64,000 bases of DNA from an uncultured bacterium. Lineage in GTDB: Bacteria; Poribacteria; WGA-4E; PCPOR2b. Positions 1 through 9,689 of the stretch are shown piece after piece. The stretch covers positions 163,486 to 227,485 of the forward strand of contig CAZOAL010000003.1 in NCBI GenBank assembly GCA_964577695.1, written 5' to 3'. The stretch's first letter is position 1. Each line of letters begins with the position of its first letter. A program made the position numbers and the translations under genes. The notes beneath the pieces are model-generated. The model ran no database searches, was not told where the DNA came from, and worked only from the letters and a program-made list of their open reading frames with translations.

Positions 1-789
1 GGCATTGATCGGCGCGACACGGTCTACTGCCCTTTTCGGGATGTGGAAGAGGTTCTCTCGTTTGACGCCGTTGAGGAGTACGGTTTGCCCAGTGAAGATG
101 AGCTAATCTCGTATTACGAGCGGGTTTATCAAAACAGTCAGAGGAATCATCCGAAACAGATTTATACCGGCGGGTATTACAAGACCATCGTTTCTGGGCT
201 GATACAGACCTTCGGCTGGGACATGCTGCTTGAGGCAGCCGCTGACCGTCGGCGATTTGATCGGGTGATTGAAAGCTTCTTTCGACTTTCCCTTCATCAT
301 TACCGCGCTTGGGCAAAGACCTCCGTCGAAATCTTTATCTGCCATGACGATATGGTGTGGACGCAGGGACCGTTCATGCACCCTGATTTTTATAGGGCAT
401 CCATCTTTCCACGTTACCGCAAGCTGTGGGAAGTCCTTCACGAGGCGGGCAAAACCATCCTGTACTGCTCGGACGGGACGTGGACGGAGTTCGTGGATGA
501 CATCGCGCGTGCCGGGGCGGATGGATTTATCTTTGAGCCAACGACGTCGCTGGATTACGTCGTCGAGCGGTACGGCAAAACGCATGCGATACTCGGTAGC
601 AAGGTGGATTGTCGAACGCTGACCTTCAGCACACGGGAGGCGATTCGTTCGGAGATAGACGCCACACTCGCCCTGGCGAAGGATTGCCCGGGATTCATGT
701 TCGCTGTTGGCAATCACATCCCCAGCAATGTACCGGTTGAAAATGCCCTATTCTATTTCGATTATCTTAGGGAACACTGGAATCGTTAA
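1..789 (+). CDS. uroporphyrinogen decarboxylase (URO-D/MtaA-like) family protein, 5'-partial (frame open to window edge)
   Basis: ORF 43..789; frame has no stop back to nt 1; C-terminal URO-D-like motifs (FAVGNHIPSNVPVENALFYFDYL). Confidence 0.5.
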   Translation, partial: GIDRRDTVYCPFRDVEEVLSFDAVEEYGLPSEDELISYYERVYQNSQRNHPKQIYTGGYYKTIVSGLIQTFGWDMLLEAAADRRRFDRVIESFFRLSLHHYRAWAKTSVEIFICHDDMVWTQGPFMHPDFYRASIFPRYRKLWEVLHEAGKTILYCSDGTWTEFVDDIARAGADGFIFEPTTSLDYVVERYGKTHAILGSKVDCRTLTFSTREAIRSEIDATLALAKDCPGFMFAVGNHIPSNVPVENALFYFDYLREHWNR

Positions 790-805
790 TATGGGACGGA
801 AGAAT

Positions 806-1000
806 GGAAGGAGAACGTGAAACGTGAAGCGTGAAACGTGAAAGGAAAGAATGGAAGGAAGGGAAGGAAAGGAAGGATGGAAGAAAGGAAGAATGGAAGG
901 ATGGAAGGTTGTTGTTGGAAGGATGGAAGGATGGAAGGATGGAAGGGAAGAAGTTTTTCACGTTTCACGTTTCACGTTTCACGCATCATTTTCTCTAATC
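806..1000. repeat. heptamer-repeat hairpin element: (CGTGAAA)n arm, GGAAGG/ATGGAAGG tract, (GTTTCAC)n arm
   Basis: read directly: cgtgaaacgtgaagcgtgaaacgtgaaagg 813-842; ggaaggatggaagg units 842-955; gtttcacgtttcacgtttcacg 958-985 (inverted to left arm). Confidence 0.85.
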
Positions 1001-1023
1001 TTCCAAAAGGAGGAGTTTTCAGA

Positions 1024-2189
1024 ATGCGCATCTTTGATGAAAAAGAGATCGGTTATGTCCGAGAAGTTTTGAACTCAGGGCGTTTGGGGTGGTATCGTGC
1101 GGGGAAGCGAAGCGGAGGGGCGGCAGGTTCGAGCAGGCTTTTGCGGAATTTGTCGGTTCCAAGCACACAATCACTCGCAGTTCTGCGATGACCGGACTCG
1201 CCCAGGCAGTGAGTTGTTCAGAGGCTGGGTGGGATACGGAAGTTATCTGCGACCCGGTGGTGCATTTTGGTGGGGTCGCGGCTTTATACGAAAATGCCAC
1301 GCCAGTCTTCGCCGATATTGAACGGGATACGTTGTTGATGGACCCGGATTCGGTCCGACAGAAGATTACGGAAAAAACCAAGGCGTTGATTGTTACCAAT
1401 CTGTGGGGATTGTGCGCCCGTCTTGACGAACTGAAGGGTATCTGTGACGACCACGGTATTTTTATGATTGAGGACTGTGCGCACAATATGTGCAGTTACT
1501 GGAAGGGAAAGCATGCCGGTACGTGGGGGCATATCGGCGTATTCAGCTTCCAGCAGGGGAAACATCTGCCGACCGGCGACGGCGGAATGATGGTGACGGA
1601 CGACGATGAACTCGACCATAAGCTTTACAATGAATGGGCTTTTGGCGGTGAGTCGCCCGCCTTCTTCACCCTCAACTTCCGTATGAATGAAGTTACGGCG
1701 GCGATTGGGCTGGCGCAACTTGAGCGGGTGCGCGGATACGTCGAGACGTACAACGCCTGCCTGAAACACCTCAACGGGGCGATTGAAGGGTGCGAGTGGC
1801 TCCGACCGCGCCACGTCCCCGAAGGTGCCATACAAGCCGGTTATAATTGGTGTTGCTTCTGGGAGGGAGACAAACACAGATTAAGCCATGAGCGATTTAA
1901 GCAGGTCGCGAGGGAAGCCGGAGCGCCGTTGGGATTCGGTTTCACGCAGAAACCGGCTTACCTTTTCGATGTCTTTCAATCTGTCACCGACCACACCCAC
2001 CCCGGCCGTAAACCGTTCAAACGACACGCGCCTTATCCGGGGAGGAAATACGCTCAAGGGGATTGTCCCGTCGCGGAAGATACCATCTGGCGGATTGTCA
2101 GCAGCGGGGCGATGCTGGCGACCGAAGAAGCGGGGAAGCGTGCGGCGGAAAAAATCCGCATCGCCATTGAGGTGATGAACAAGGGGTAA
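1024..2189 (+). pseudogene. DegT/DnrJ/EryC1/StrS-family PLP-dependent sugar aminotransferase interrupted by a 1-nt frameshift near 1100-1125 (genuine or assembly error)
   Basis: N-terminus MRIFDEKEIGYVREVLNSGRLGWYRAG is in the frame of ORF 838..1191; the rest (FEQAFAEF...EDCAHN...) is in ORF 1089..2189; G-run gagggg at 1115-1120. Confidence 0.6.
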
Positions 2190-2261
2190 TGATGGAATGC
2201 AGGAGTCGCATCCCTTCGACGACGTTCGTGGAGAGGATTCCGCAGAAAGAAGGATTTAGCA

Positions 2262-2822
2262 ATGGGTTGGTGGAGGAAGTTCGTAAGTTGGTGGCGGCGT
2301 ATTTTGAGAAAAATCATTTACTGGATTTCATGCACTTTTGGATTGAAACCTCCAGAAGGTAATCCGCCCACAGCCTCACAGGAATTAACCATTAAAAACG
2401 ACTTCCCAAACCTTCAGACCTGGAGTGTTACAGAAGCAAGTACCACCGCTTATAACTGTATCGCCTGGAGCGTAGGTATCACGAATCAATGGGTATGGCC
2501 GGGAAATACGGTTGCAGATTTTGACGCATTTTATGCTTCCCATGGCTGGTCCGTCGCAAATAATTGTAATCGCGAATATAAAAAGAGAAAGGTCACTCTC
2601 TATGCAAACAATTCTGATCCGAATGATTGTACGCATTCTTCACGAGAAACTCACGATTGTGGCTGGGATGAAAGCAAATTGGGCTCTCTTGAATGTATCA
2701 TGCATATCCGAGATGAACTGGAAGGTGGATGCTACGGCACTGTTATCCGCTGCTATGAGAAGCGAGATGACAATGCAAATGTAGACCTGTTTAGGGAAAA
2801 GGTGGCTAATCATGGGCAATGA
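2262..2822 (+). CDS. hypothetical protein with Cys/His motifs (YNCIAWS ... THDCGWDE ... IMHIRDE); possible papain-like/amidase-type hydrolase
   Basis: 186-aa ORF; Trp/Arg-rich N-terminus; spaced Cys...His...Asp residues; overlaps next gene by 11 nt. Confidence 0.45.
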   Translation: MGWWRKFVSWWRRILRKIIYWISCTFGLKPPEGNPPTASQELTIKNDFPNLQTWSVTEASTTAYNCIAWSVGITNQWVWPGNTVADFDAFYASHGWSVANNCNREYKKRKVTLYANNSDPNDCTHSSRETHDCGWDESKLGSLECIMHIRDELEGGCYGTVIRCYEKRDDNANVDLFREKVANHGQ

Positions 2823-3162
2823 TAACAAAAAGGTTAAGGAAAAGTTTGATGCGCTGTTTGCAGAGTGGGAAAAAGCCATACAAGCCGCTAAGATTCGACT
2901 CAGTTCCAGACCACAGGATTACATAAACAACAAACCATATTGTGAGATCGTGAAACTGGGTAGAGAGGTTTTGCCTTTCATTATAGAAAAGCTGGAACAG
3001 GTCGAAGGCTCTTGGAACGGAGGGGGATTTTTCCTCAATCAGGCAGTTGTTGAGATTACCGGGAGCAAAATGGAAGAAATTATTGGCAACGATCGGCGTT
3101 TTGTGAGCGAACAGGAGAAGTCAGCTTTGATTGTGAAATGGTGGCGGTTGCAAAAACAATAA
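2812..3162 (+). CDS. small hypothetical protein (116 aa), translationally coupled partner of 2262..2822 (immunity-like position)
   Basis: ORF begins inside the end of the upstream ORF; no recognisable domain. Confidence 0.4.
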   Translation: MGNDNKKVKEKFDALFAEWEKAIQAAKIRLSSRPQDYINNKPYCEIVKLGREVLPFIIEKLEQVEGSWNGGGFFLNQAVVEITGSKMEEIIGNDRRFVSEQEKSALIVKWWRLQKQ

Positions 3163-3286
3163 CCCACCCATCAATGAGAGGGAAGTTATACCATTTCTGC
3201 GTGAAGCGGAGAGGGGGGTTGTTAATGATTACGATATCGCGAGGGGGAGAACCACATCCGGTTTCCCTAACATAAAGGAGTGAGGA

Positions 3287-4507
3287 TTGAAGTTGCACTT
3301 GTCGAGCACCTTTACGGCGTTCAAGCACCGTAACTTTCAACTATGGTGGTTTGGGCAGATGGTGTCCTTAGTCGGCACCTGGATGCAGACAGTCGCTTTG
3401 GGTTGGCTCGTCTATCAACTTACCAACTCTCCACTGTCTCTTGGGTTTGTCGGTTTTTTTCAGTCATTACCGGTGTTGTTACTTTCACTCTTCGGCGGCG
3501 TGGTTGCTGACAGGACGAACAAGCGGGCGCTGATCGTGTGCACACAAACGGCGGCGATGCTTTTGGCATTCGTTCTCTCTGCGCTCACCTTCAGCGGAAT
3601 GGTGCACATCCAGCATCTCTTCCTTGTGGCTTTTTGTCTTGGCATCGTGCAAGCGTTCGATATGCCAGCACGCCAGGCATTTGTGGTTGAAATGGTCGGG
3701 AAAGAAGATTTGATGAACGCTATCGCACTCAACTCGACAATATTCAACGGTGCACGGATCTTAGGTCCGGCTGTCGCTGGCGCGCTCGTTGCGGTTGTGG
3801 GAGTCGGGTGGTGCTTCTTCTTAAACGGCGTGAGTTTTCTTGCTGTCATTGCGGGGTTACTTTTCATGCGTTTTCCCAAAAGCCGAACCGTCGCGCGCCA
3901 AGAATCCGTCTGGGCAAATCTGGCGGAAGGACTGAAGTACATCGTGCGCTCTCCCACCGTGCTGACGCTGGAAAGCCTCGTTGCGGTGGCAAGCCTTTTT
4001 GGCATGCCTTATTCCAGGCTGATGCCCGTGTTTGCAAAGGACGTTCTACAGGTCGGGGCGCACGGCTACGGTTTTCTCTTTTCCGCGACGGGGAGCGGGG
4101 CGCTCATGGGCGCGCTTTTGCTGGCATCGCTCGGCAACTTCCAACACAAAGGCTGGCTTGTGACTGCTGGAAATCTGCTCTACCCGGTGATGCTGTTAGC
4201 ATTCTCCTTTTCCCGCTGGTTTCCGCTTTCACTGGTTTTCCTTGTCGGAGTTGGTTTTTCAATGATTACCCAAAACGCCACGACGAACACCTTGCTTCAG
4301 ACGACTGTGCCTGACCACTTGAGAGGACGGGTGATGAGCGTCCACGCGATCTTCTTCGGAGGGCTGGCACCTTTTGGGGATGTGTTAGCTGGAACTGTGG
4401 CTTCTTTCTCTAGCGCCCCCGCCGCTGTTGGGTTAGACGCGGCTATCGCTTTAAGCTACTCTCTCTTTGTCCTCTTGCGCCTCCCACAAGTACGCAGGCT
4501 TTCATAG
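3287..4507 (+). CDS. MFS transporter
   Basis: 406 aa, about 12 hydrophobic segments, MFS-type motif GGVVADRTNKR after TM2. Confidence 0.75.
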   Translation: MKLHLSSTFTAFKHRNFQLWWFGQMVSLVGTWMQTVALGWLVYQLTNSPLSLGFVGFFQSLPVLLLSLFGGVVADRTNKRALIVCTQTAAMLLAFVLSALTFSGMVHIQHLFLVAFCLGIVQAFDMPARQAFVVEMVGKEDLMNAIALNSTIFNGARILGPAVAGALVAVVGVGWCFFLNGVSFLAVIAGLLFMRFPKSRTVARQESVWANLAEGLKYIVRSPTVLTLESLVAVASLFGMPYSRLMPVFAKDVLQVGAHGYGFLFSATGSGALMGALLLASLGNFQHKGWLVTAGNLLYPVMLLAFSFSRWFPLSLVFLVGVGFSMITQNATTNTLLQTTVPDHLRGRVMSVHAIFFGGLAPFGDVLAGTVASFSSAPAAVGLDAAIALSYSLFVLLRLPQVRRLS

Positions 4508-4574
4508 TTTTTGCACTGAAAAAGGAAAGAAAGAATGGAAGGAAGGGCATGTTTCAATTTTCTGAAAAAATATG

Positions 4575-4662
4575 TTGACACTTTGGACTCAGGACTCAGG
4601 ATTCAGGATTCAACTACATCTTGCATCTTGCATCTTGCATCTTGCATCTTGTATCTTGTATC
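4575..4662. repeat. tandem heptamers (GGACTCA/GGATTCA)x4 followed by (CTTGCAT)x4(CTTGTAT)x2
   Basis: read directly at 4581-4608 and 4616-4660; lies inside the 5' part of track ORF 4535..6394 but upstream of the likely true start. Confidence 0.85.
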
Positions 4663-4663
4663 A

Positions 4664-6394
4664 ATGAAGTGGCAACAGTTTTCTGAAACATGCCGCTTGC
4701 TCGCCCTCATTCTCACTTTGTGCCTTATGCTCGCTCTGAACTGTTTACATGCCGAGAGCGAACTCCCAATCCCAGTCCAGTTCACAGATGTCACCGCACA
4801 AGCTGGGATACACTTCCGGCATGCGGATGGGCGTAGTGGCCGGAGGTATTTTGTGGAGACAATCGGTTCGGGATGCGCTTTCGTTGATTTTGATAACGAT
4901 GGCGCGCCTGATATCTATCTGGTCAATGCAGCAGATTTGCCGGGATTCCACTCCGAGACCCCGCCGATAAACGCCCTCTACCGAAACAACGGGGATGGGA
5001 CGTTTACTGATGTCACCGACCACGCCGGGGTCGGTCATCCGGGCTACGGCACTGGCGTCACAGCGGCGGATTATAACAATGATGGGTTCGTTGACCTCTA
5101 CGTCACAAATTTTGGGGCCAATGTGCTCTACCGCAACAATGGCGATGGCACCTTCGCTGACGTGACAGACCAGGCAGGAGTGGGGGACCCCCGGTGGAGT
5201 GCGGGTGCCGCTTTTGCCGACTACGATAACGATGGCTTCTTAGACCTCTATGTGACCAACTATTGTGATTTTCGCTTCGATGAACACCGGACTTGTCATG
5301 AACAAGGCGTTGAGGTATACTGTGGTCCTGAGGAATTCTCTGGGGTCCCCGATACGCTGTATCATAACAATGGGGATGGCACCTTTACTGATGTCACTCG
5401 TGAAGCGGGCGTGTATAACCCCAAGGGCAAAGGGATGGGCGTCATCTGGGCAGACTATGATAATGATGGGGATTTGGACATTTTTGTGGCAAACGATACG
5501 ACAGAGAATTTTCTTTATCAAAATAATGGCGATGGCACATTCACTGATGTCGCCTGGATGGCGGGCGTTGAAAGCGATGAACGTGGCACTCCGCAGGGAA
5601 GCATGGGAGTGGACTTTGGTGATTATGATAACGATGGATGGCTCGATCTCGTGGTAACCAATTTTCAACGCCAGCTTAATGCAATCTATCATAATGATGG
5701 GAACGGAGGCTTTACCGATGTCTCCTTTATCGTTGGATTTGGATACAGCCTGCCTTATGTGAGTTGGGGTACAGGTTTCTTTGACTTCAACAACGATGGC
5801 TGGCGGGATGTGTTTATCGCCAACGGCCATATTCAGGATGAGATCGAACGCTACGACAAAAGCACCACCTATCTCCAGCCGAATCAACTGTTACTCAATA
5901 ATAGGCAGGGACGCTTCATCGATGTGTCAGCAACAGCGGGTTCAGGCTTGCAGATACACAAGGCAAGTCGAGGCGTCGCCTTTGGGGATTACGACAATGA
6001 TGGGGACATCGATATTCTCATCAGCAACGCAAACGACACGCCCGATCTGTTGCGTAACGATACGCCCCACACCGGTCACTGGATTCTGATTCAAACGATA
6101 GGGACCAAAAGTAATCGAGATGGCATTGGCGCGAGGATTCAAGTGCGGACAGGCAATCACTCAGGGCAGGTCCGCTTTGCGGACTCCCGGAACGGAGCTC
6201 TGACGCAAATTGCGGAAGTCCGTAGCGGTTCAAGCTATATGTCCCAGAACGACAGGCGCGTCCATTTCGGTTTGGGAACGGCCAAAGTGATAGAGCGTCT
6301 TGAGATACGCTGGCCAAGCGGAGTCGTGGATGTGATGGAGAATGTGCCTGTGGATAGACTACTTTATGTAACGGAGGGGGAACACGGAAATTGA
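4664..6394 (+). CDS. secreted ASPIC/UnbV-type FG-GAP (integrin alpha-like) repeat protein, CRTAC1 family
   Basis: signal peptide MKWQQFSETCRLLALILTLCLMLALNCLHA; repeated NNGDGTFTDVT...DYDNDG FG-GAP units; C-terminal UnbV/ASPIC-like region; start moved to ATG 4664 downstream of the repeat tract. Confidence 0.75.
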   Translation: MKWQQFSETCRLLALILTLCLMLALNCLHAESELPIPVQFTDVTAQAGIHFRHADGRSGRRYFVETIGSGCAFVDFDNDGAPDIYLVNAADLPGFHSETPPINALYRNNGDGTFTDVTDHAGVGHPGYGTGVTAADYNNDGFVDLYVTNFGANVLYRNNGDGTFADVTDQAGVGDPRWSAGAAFADYDNDGFLDLYVTNYCDFRFDEHRTCHEQGVEVYCGPEEFSGVPDTLYHNNGDGTFTDVTREAGVYNPKGKGMGVIWADYDNDGDLDIFVANDTTENFLYQNNGDGTFTDVAWMAGVESDERGTPQGSMGVDFGDYDNDGWLDLVVTNFQRQLNAIYHNDGNGGFTDVSFIVGFGYSLPYVSWGTGFFDFNNDGWRDVFIANGHIQDEIERYDKSTTYLQPNQLLLNNRQGRFIDVSATAGSGLQIHKASRGVAFGDYDNDGDIDILISNANDTPDLLRNDTPHTGHWILIQTIGTKSNRDGIGARIQVRTGNHSGQVRFADSRNGALTQIAEVRSGSSYMSQNDRRVHFGLGTAKVIERLEIRWPSGVVDVMENVPVDRLLYVTEGEHGN

Positions 6395-7869
6395 CGCAAA
6401 CCAGGTGGTTTACGAGTGCGCTGATGGGATTTCTGGCGCTTGGAGTCTGGTGTGTTTCGGCTCAAGTTGCTTTGAATCCCGCTTGCGGGGGCGCAGAGGT
6501 TCCAGAAACCATACAATCGCAACTACAACGTGGCGAGGTTTATATTCTCCAGGGGAAATTTGATGAAGCGGAGGGCGTCTATCGGGCGCTCTTGCAGCAG
6601 GATGCAAAATCGGCTGAAGCGTACCGTGGGCTGGGCCTTGTTTACTGGACTCGTGGGATGGTCGGTGAGGCGCTCCGATATTATCAGGAAGCGCTGAGAT
6701 TAAATCCCGAGATGGTCCAAGCGCTGATGGATGTGGGGGTCATCCTATCTCACCTCGGGCAGCATCTGAAGGCGATCGAACATTGCGAACAGGCGATTCG
6801 CCTTGCACCCGATTCGAGTTGGGTCAGGCTGACGTTCGGCGATATCCTCTGGAATGCCGAACGATATGAGGAGGCAGCCCAACAATACCAAGAGGCTTTG
6901 AATCAGGATTCCCATCTCGTGGCGGCGTATGTTGGACTCGGGCGCGCGTATCTGGCTCAAGCGAAGTTGGAAGCGGCGCTCCAGGCATTCGAGGCAGCGT
7001 TAGCCTTGGATGCGAACGCGCAGGATGCCTACTACCACCGTGGCGTCGTCTATTCCAAACAGGGAAAATACGATTTGGCGATTGCAGATTTTCAAAAAGT
7101 ATTGGAACTCAAATCCGACCACGCGGATGCCTATTTTGAGATGGGGTATGCCTATCAACAGCAGCAGCAGTATGAACAGGCAATTCGCGCCTACCGAGGT
7201 GCGCTCCAAATCAATCCAGACGATGCGGTGGTGCATCACAACCTGGCACGATGCTATATCCGCCAGGGAAACCGAGAAGCTGCCGAACGGGAGCGAAAAA
7301 TCGCCCAGCAGCTCCAGGAATATGCGGATGCGATTGCTCATGCGAAAGCCTATATCACTCAATATCCCGATAAGGCAGAGGGGTACGCCTATTTGGCTTC
7401 CCTGTATCAACAGCGCGGTAAATGGGAGGACGCCATCCAGCAGTACCGTCTCGCATTGACGGTCGATACCCACTTCATGCCCGCCTACAGCAACCTTGCG
7501 GAACTTTATACCCAACGGCGGCAATTCGATCTGGCGGTTAAGGTTTATCAGGAGGCGCTCCGGCAGTCGCCCGACAATGTTCAAATACGTGTTGCGTTGA
7601 GCCTCCTTTATCAAAAGCAAAATCGGGCGAAGGAAGCAGTGGAACAACTGAACATCGCACAGGAATTGGTTGAAACGGCTGCGGCTGCCGGAAAAGCTTC
7701 AGCCGAACAGTTGGAGACACTGGCGTTTGTGTACTATGCAAAGGGGTGGTATGATAAAGCAGAAGCGGTTCTGCGGGAGGTGATGCAGTTCGCTCCGAAT
7801 AATCCAAAGTACCTGCGCCAACTGGATACGATTCGCACAGCACGCCGACGTCAGGAAGGGTTAAAATGA
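6391..7869 (+). CDS. tetratricopeptide (TPR) repeat protein with signal peptide
   Basis: about 12 TPR units ([12 protein letters not shown]..., [13 protein letters not shown]..., [13 protein letters not shown]...); 4-nt overlap with the upstream gene; TTG start or ATG at 6424. Confidence 0.75.
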   Translation: MTQTRWFTSALMGFLALGVWCVSAQVALNPACGGAEVPETIQSQLQRGEVYILQGKFDEAEGVYRALLQQDAKSAEAYRGLGLVYWTRGMVGEALRYYQEALRLNPEMVQALMDVGVILSHLGQHLKAIEHCEQAIRLAPDSSWVRLTFGDILWNAERYEEAAQQYQEALNQDSHLVAAYVGLGRAYLAQAKLEAALQAFEAALALDANAQDAYYHRGVVYSKQGKYDLAIADFQKVLELKSDHADAYFEMGYAYQQQQQYEQAIRAYRGALQINPDDAVVHHNLARCYIRQGNREAAERERKIAQQLQEYADAIAHAKAYITQYPDKAEGYAYLASLYQQRGKWEDAIQQYRLALTVDTHFMPAYSNLAELYTQRRQFDLAVKVYQEALRQSPDNVQIRVALSLLYQKQNRAKEAVEQLNIAQELVETAAAAGKASAEQLETLAFVYYAKGWYDKAEAVLREVMQFAPNNPKYLRQLDTIRTARRRQEGLK

Positions 7870-8200
7870 GCAAATGTGCAAATGGAAGGAGAGGAAGAAA
7901 AGGAAGGATGGAAGGAAGGAAGGATGGAAGAAGGGAAGGATGGAGGGATGGAAGAATGGAAGATTGGAAGGATGGAAGATTGGAAGGATGGAAGGATGGA
8001 AGGATGGGAAGGATGGAAGATTGGAAGGATGGAGGGATGGAAGGATGGAAGATTGGAAGGATGGAAGAATGGAAGGATGGAAGGATGGGAAGGATGGAAG
8101 ATTGGAAGGATGGAGGGATGGAAGGATGGAAGGATGGAAAGGAAGAAGTTTTTCACGTTTCGCGTTTCACGTTTCACGTTTCACGTTTTACGCCATAAGC
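7866..8200. repeat. about 290-bp degenerate GGAAGGAT/GGATGGAA tandem tract followed by (GTTTCAC/GTTTCGC)x5
   Basis: read directly; the four overlapping track ORFs here encode WKDGRMEG / HPSILPSF low-complexity repeats and are repeat artefacts. Confidence 0.9.
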
Positions 8201-8225
8201 AATACGCATGGAGGAGGAAGCTATC

Positions 8226-9455
8226 ATGTCTATGAATCACAAAGATAAAACCATCTTACGCGATCTCGCCAAGCAAGTGGCAGAGATTGCTAGTTTACCT
8301 ATTATGACTGAACGGAGGGAGATGTGGAAACGCCACAACCGCCTGGAGCGCGTTCGTCCGATGATACTGGTGTTCCCGGAGGGGGCGTGGCGAGAACTCC
8401 TTCCACCATCTGCGCTGGAATGTGAAGATGAAAATGCGAGAGGAATGGAACGGAATCTGCGAAGCCGATTGTACTATCACGACCATCTCCATGATGATAC
8501 CGTCATTGAAAAAGAGTGGATTGTGCATAAAGTGGTGAGAACAACCGGCTGGGGACTTGAAGCCAGGCATATTCCAAGCACCGTCTCCACAGGCGCGTGG
8601 GGCTTCGATCCGGTCATCAAAACCCCAAAAGATTTGAAGAAACTCAGGTTCCCTGATGTTCTATATGACGCGGATACAACCCAGAGAAACTTTGAAGCAG
8701 CGCAAGCACTCTTCGGAGATATTCTGGATGTCAAACTGAAAGGAGTCAGCCGCGTCTCCTTTCACCTGATGAACCTGTACACCGGGCTCCGAGGTCTGGA
8801 ACAGGTGATGTGGGATATGTATGAAAATCCGGGGATGCTCCACGACGCTATGGCATTCTTGGAAGAGGGGCACCACAGAATCGTCAAGCAGTACGAAGAG
8901 CTGAACCTCTTGAGCCTGAATAACGACAGCTCCTATCATTCATCAGGCGGGGTGGGGTACACAGATGAACTCCCCCAACCGGATTATAATCCTGACCGCA
9001 TCCGCCCCTGTGATATGTGGGCGTCTGCGGAGGCGCAAGAGATGGACCCGGTTTCCCCGGAGATGCACGAAGAATTTATCCTTCAGTATGAGAGACGACT
9101 GCTCGAACCCTTCGGGCTGAATGGATACGCCTGCTGCGATGACCTCACGAGGAAGTTTGATTCTGTGTTCCCAATTCCGAATATCCGACGGATATCCATC
9201 GCTCCGTTTGCCGATGTCGATGCCTGTGCCAAGCAACTTCAGGGGAACTATATCTTCTCATGGAAGCCCAAGCCATCCTACCTTGTCGGGACTTTCGACG
9301 ACGAAAAGGTGCGGGCGTATATCAAGCATACGCTTGACGTGACCCAGAATTGCGTCATCGAAATGATCCTCAAAGACACCCACACCTGTGAAAATCATCC
9401 GGAACGCTTTACCCGGTGGACAGCGATTGCGCGTGACCTTGTGGAGGCCCAATGA
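8226..9455 (+). CDS. uroporphyrinogen decarboxylase (URO-D)-like family protein
   Basis: 410 aa; URO-D/MtaA-like C-terminal half (GYACCDDLT..., IEMILKDTH); RBS ggaggaag at 8211-8218 favours ATG 8226. Confidence 0.45.
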   Translation: MSMNHKDKTILRDLAKQVAEIASLPIMTERREMWKRHNRLERVRPMILVFPEGAWRELLPPSALECEDENARGMERNLRSRLYYHDHLHDDTVIEKEWIVHKVVRTTGWGLEARHIPSTVSTGAWGFDPVIKTPKDLKKLRFPDVLYDADTTQRNFEAAQALFGDILDVKLKGVSRVSFHLMNLYTGLRGLEQVMWDMYENPGMLHDAMAFLEEGHHRIVKQYEELNLLSLNNDSSYHSSGGVGYTDELPQPDYNPDRIRPCDMWASAEAQEMDPVSPEMHEEFILQYERRLLEPFGLNGYACCDDLTRKFDSVFPIPNIRRISIAPFADVDACAKQLQGNYIFSWKPKPSYLVGTFDDEKVRAYIKHTLDVTQNCVIEMILKDTHTCENHPERFTRWTAIARDLVEAQ

Positions 9456-9493
9456 TTAGTGCATCGCGGCATAAGTTTTGACCCCCCCTCGGT

Positions 9494-9580
9494 CCCCCCG
9501 TGGACGGGGGGAAGGAAACGCCCCTCCCCGCCCTTCTCCCTCCCTGTCCACGGGGAGGGCCGGGGTGGGGGGAGGCCGGG
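9494..9580. repeat. GC-rich palindromic (REP-like) hairpins just after the stop codon
   Basis: ccccccgtggacgggggg 9494-9511; ccctccctgtccacggggaggg about 9540-9562. Confidence 0.6.
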
Positions 9581-9689
9581 TGGGGGTAAACATCTGTCGA
9601 GTTATTTCTGCCTTGAAGCACTGGTCAACCACAGTGATGATGAATGTTGTGAGGGGGTTGCACCCCCGAACTCAAACTGTCGGGGGTAC

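Noticed and set aside
767-1191. ORFs 767..961 -, 786..968 -, 851..1072 + and the 5' part of 838..1191 +
   Set aside because: Same repeat artefact over the 806-1000 hairpin element. Only the last about 170 nt of 838..1191 (MRIFDEKEIGYV...) are real, and they form the displaced N-terminus of the DegT gene.
1284-1877. 197-aa ORF antisense to the aminotransferase gene
   Set aside because: Fully embedded opposite a well-supported conserved CDS. High GC inflates antisense ORFs.
5240-5887. 215-aa antisense ORF inside the ASPIC/FG-GAP gene, also 7000..7647 (-) in the TPR gene, 10267..10848 (-), 13077..13721 (-) in the RM gene, 40787..41614 (-) in the STAND gene, 49888..50616 (-) in pheS, 51237..51839 (-), and 18105..18611 (-)
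   Set aside because: All are embedded antisense to genes with clear homology-type signatures. No independent support.
7851-8248. Four overlapping ORFs of 108-124 aa on both strands (7851..8177 -, 7866..8198 +, 7874..8248 +, 7876..8235 +) encoding WKDGRMEG / HPSILPSF repeats
   Set aside because: They are translations of the GGAAGGAT tandem repeat in several frames. They are periodic low-complexity with no RBS logic and mutually exclusive. Called as repeat, not CDS.
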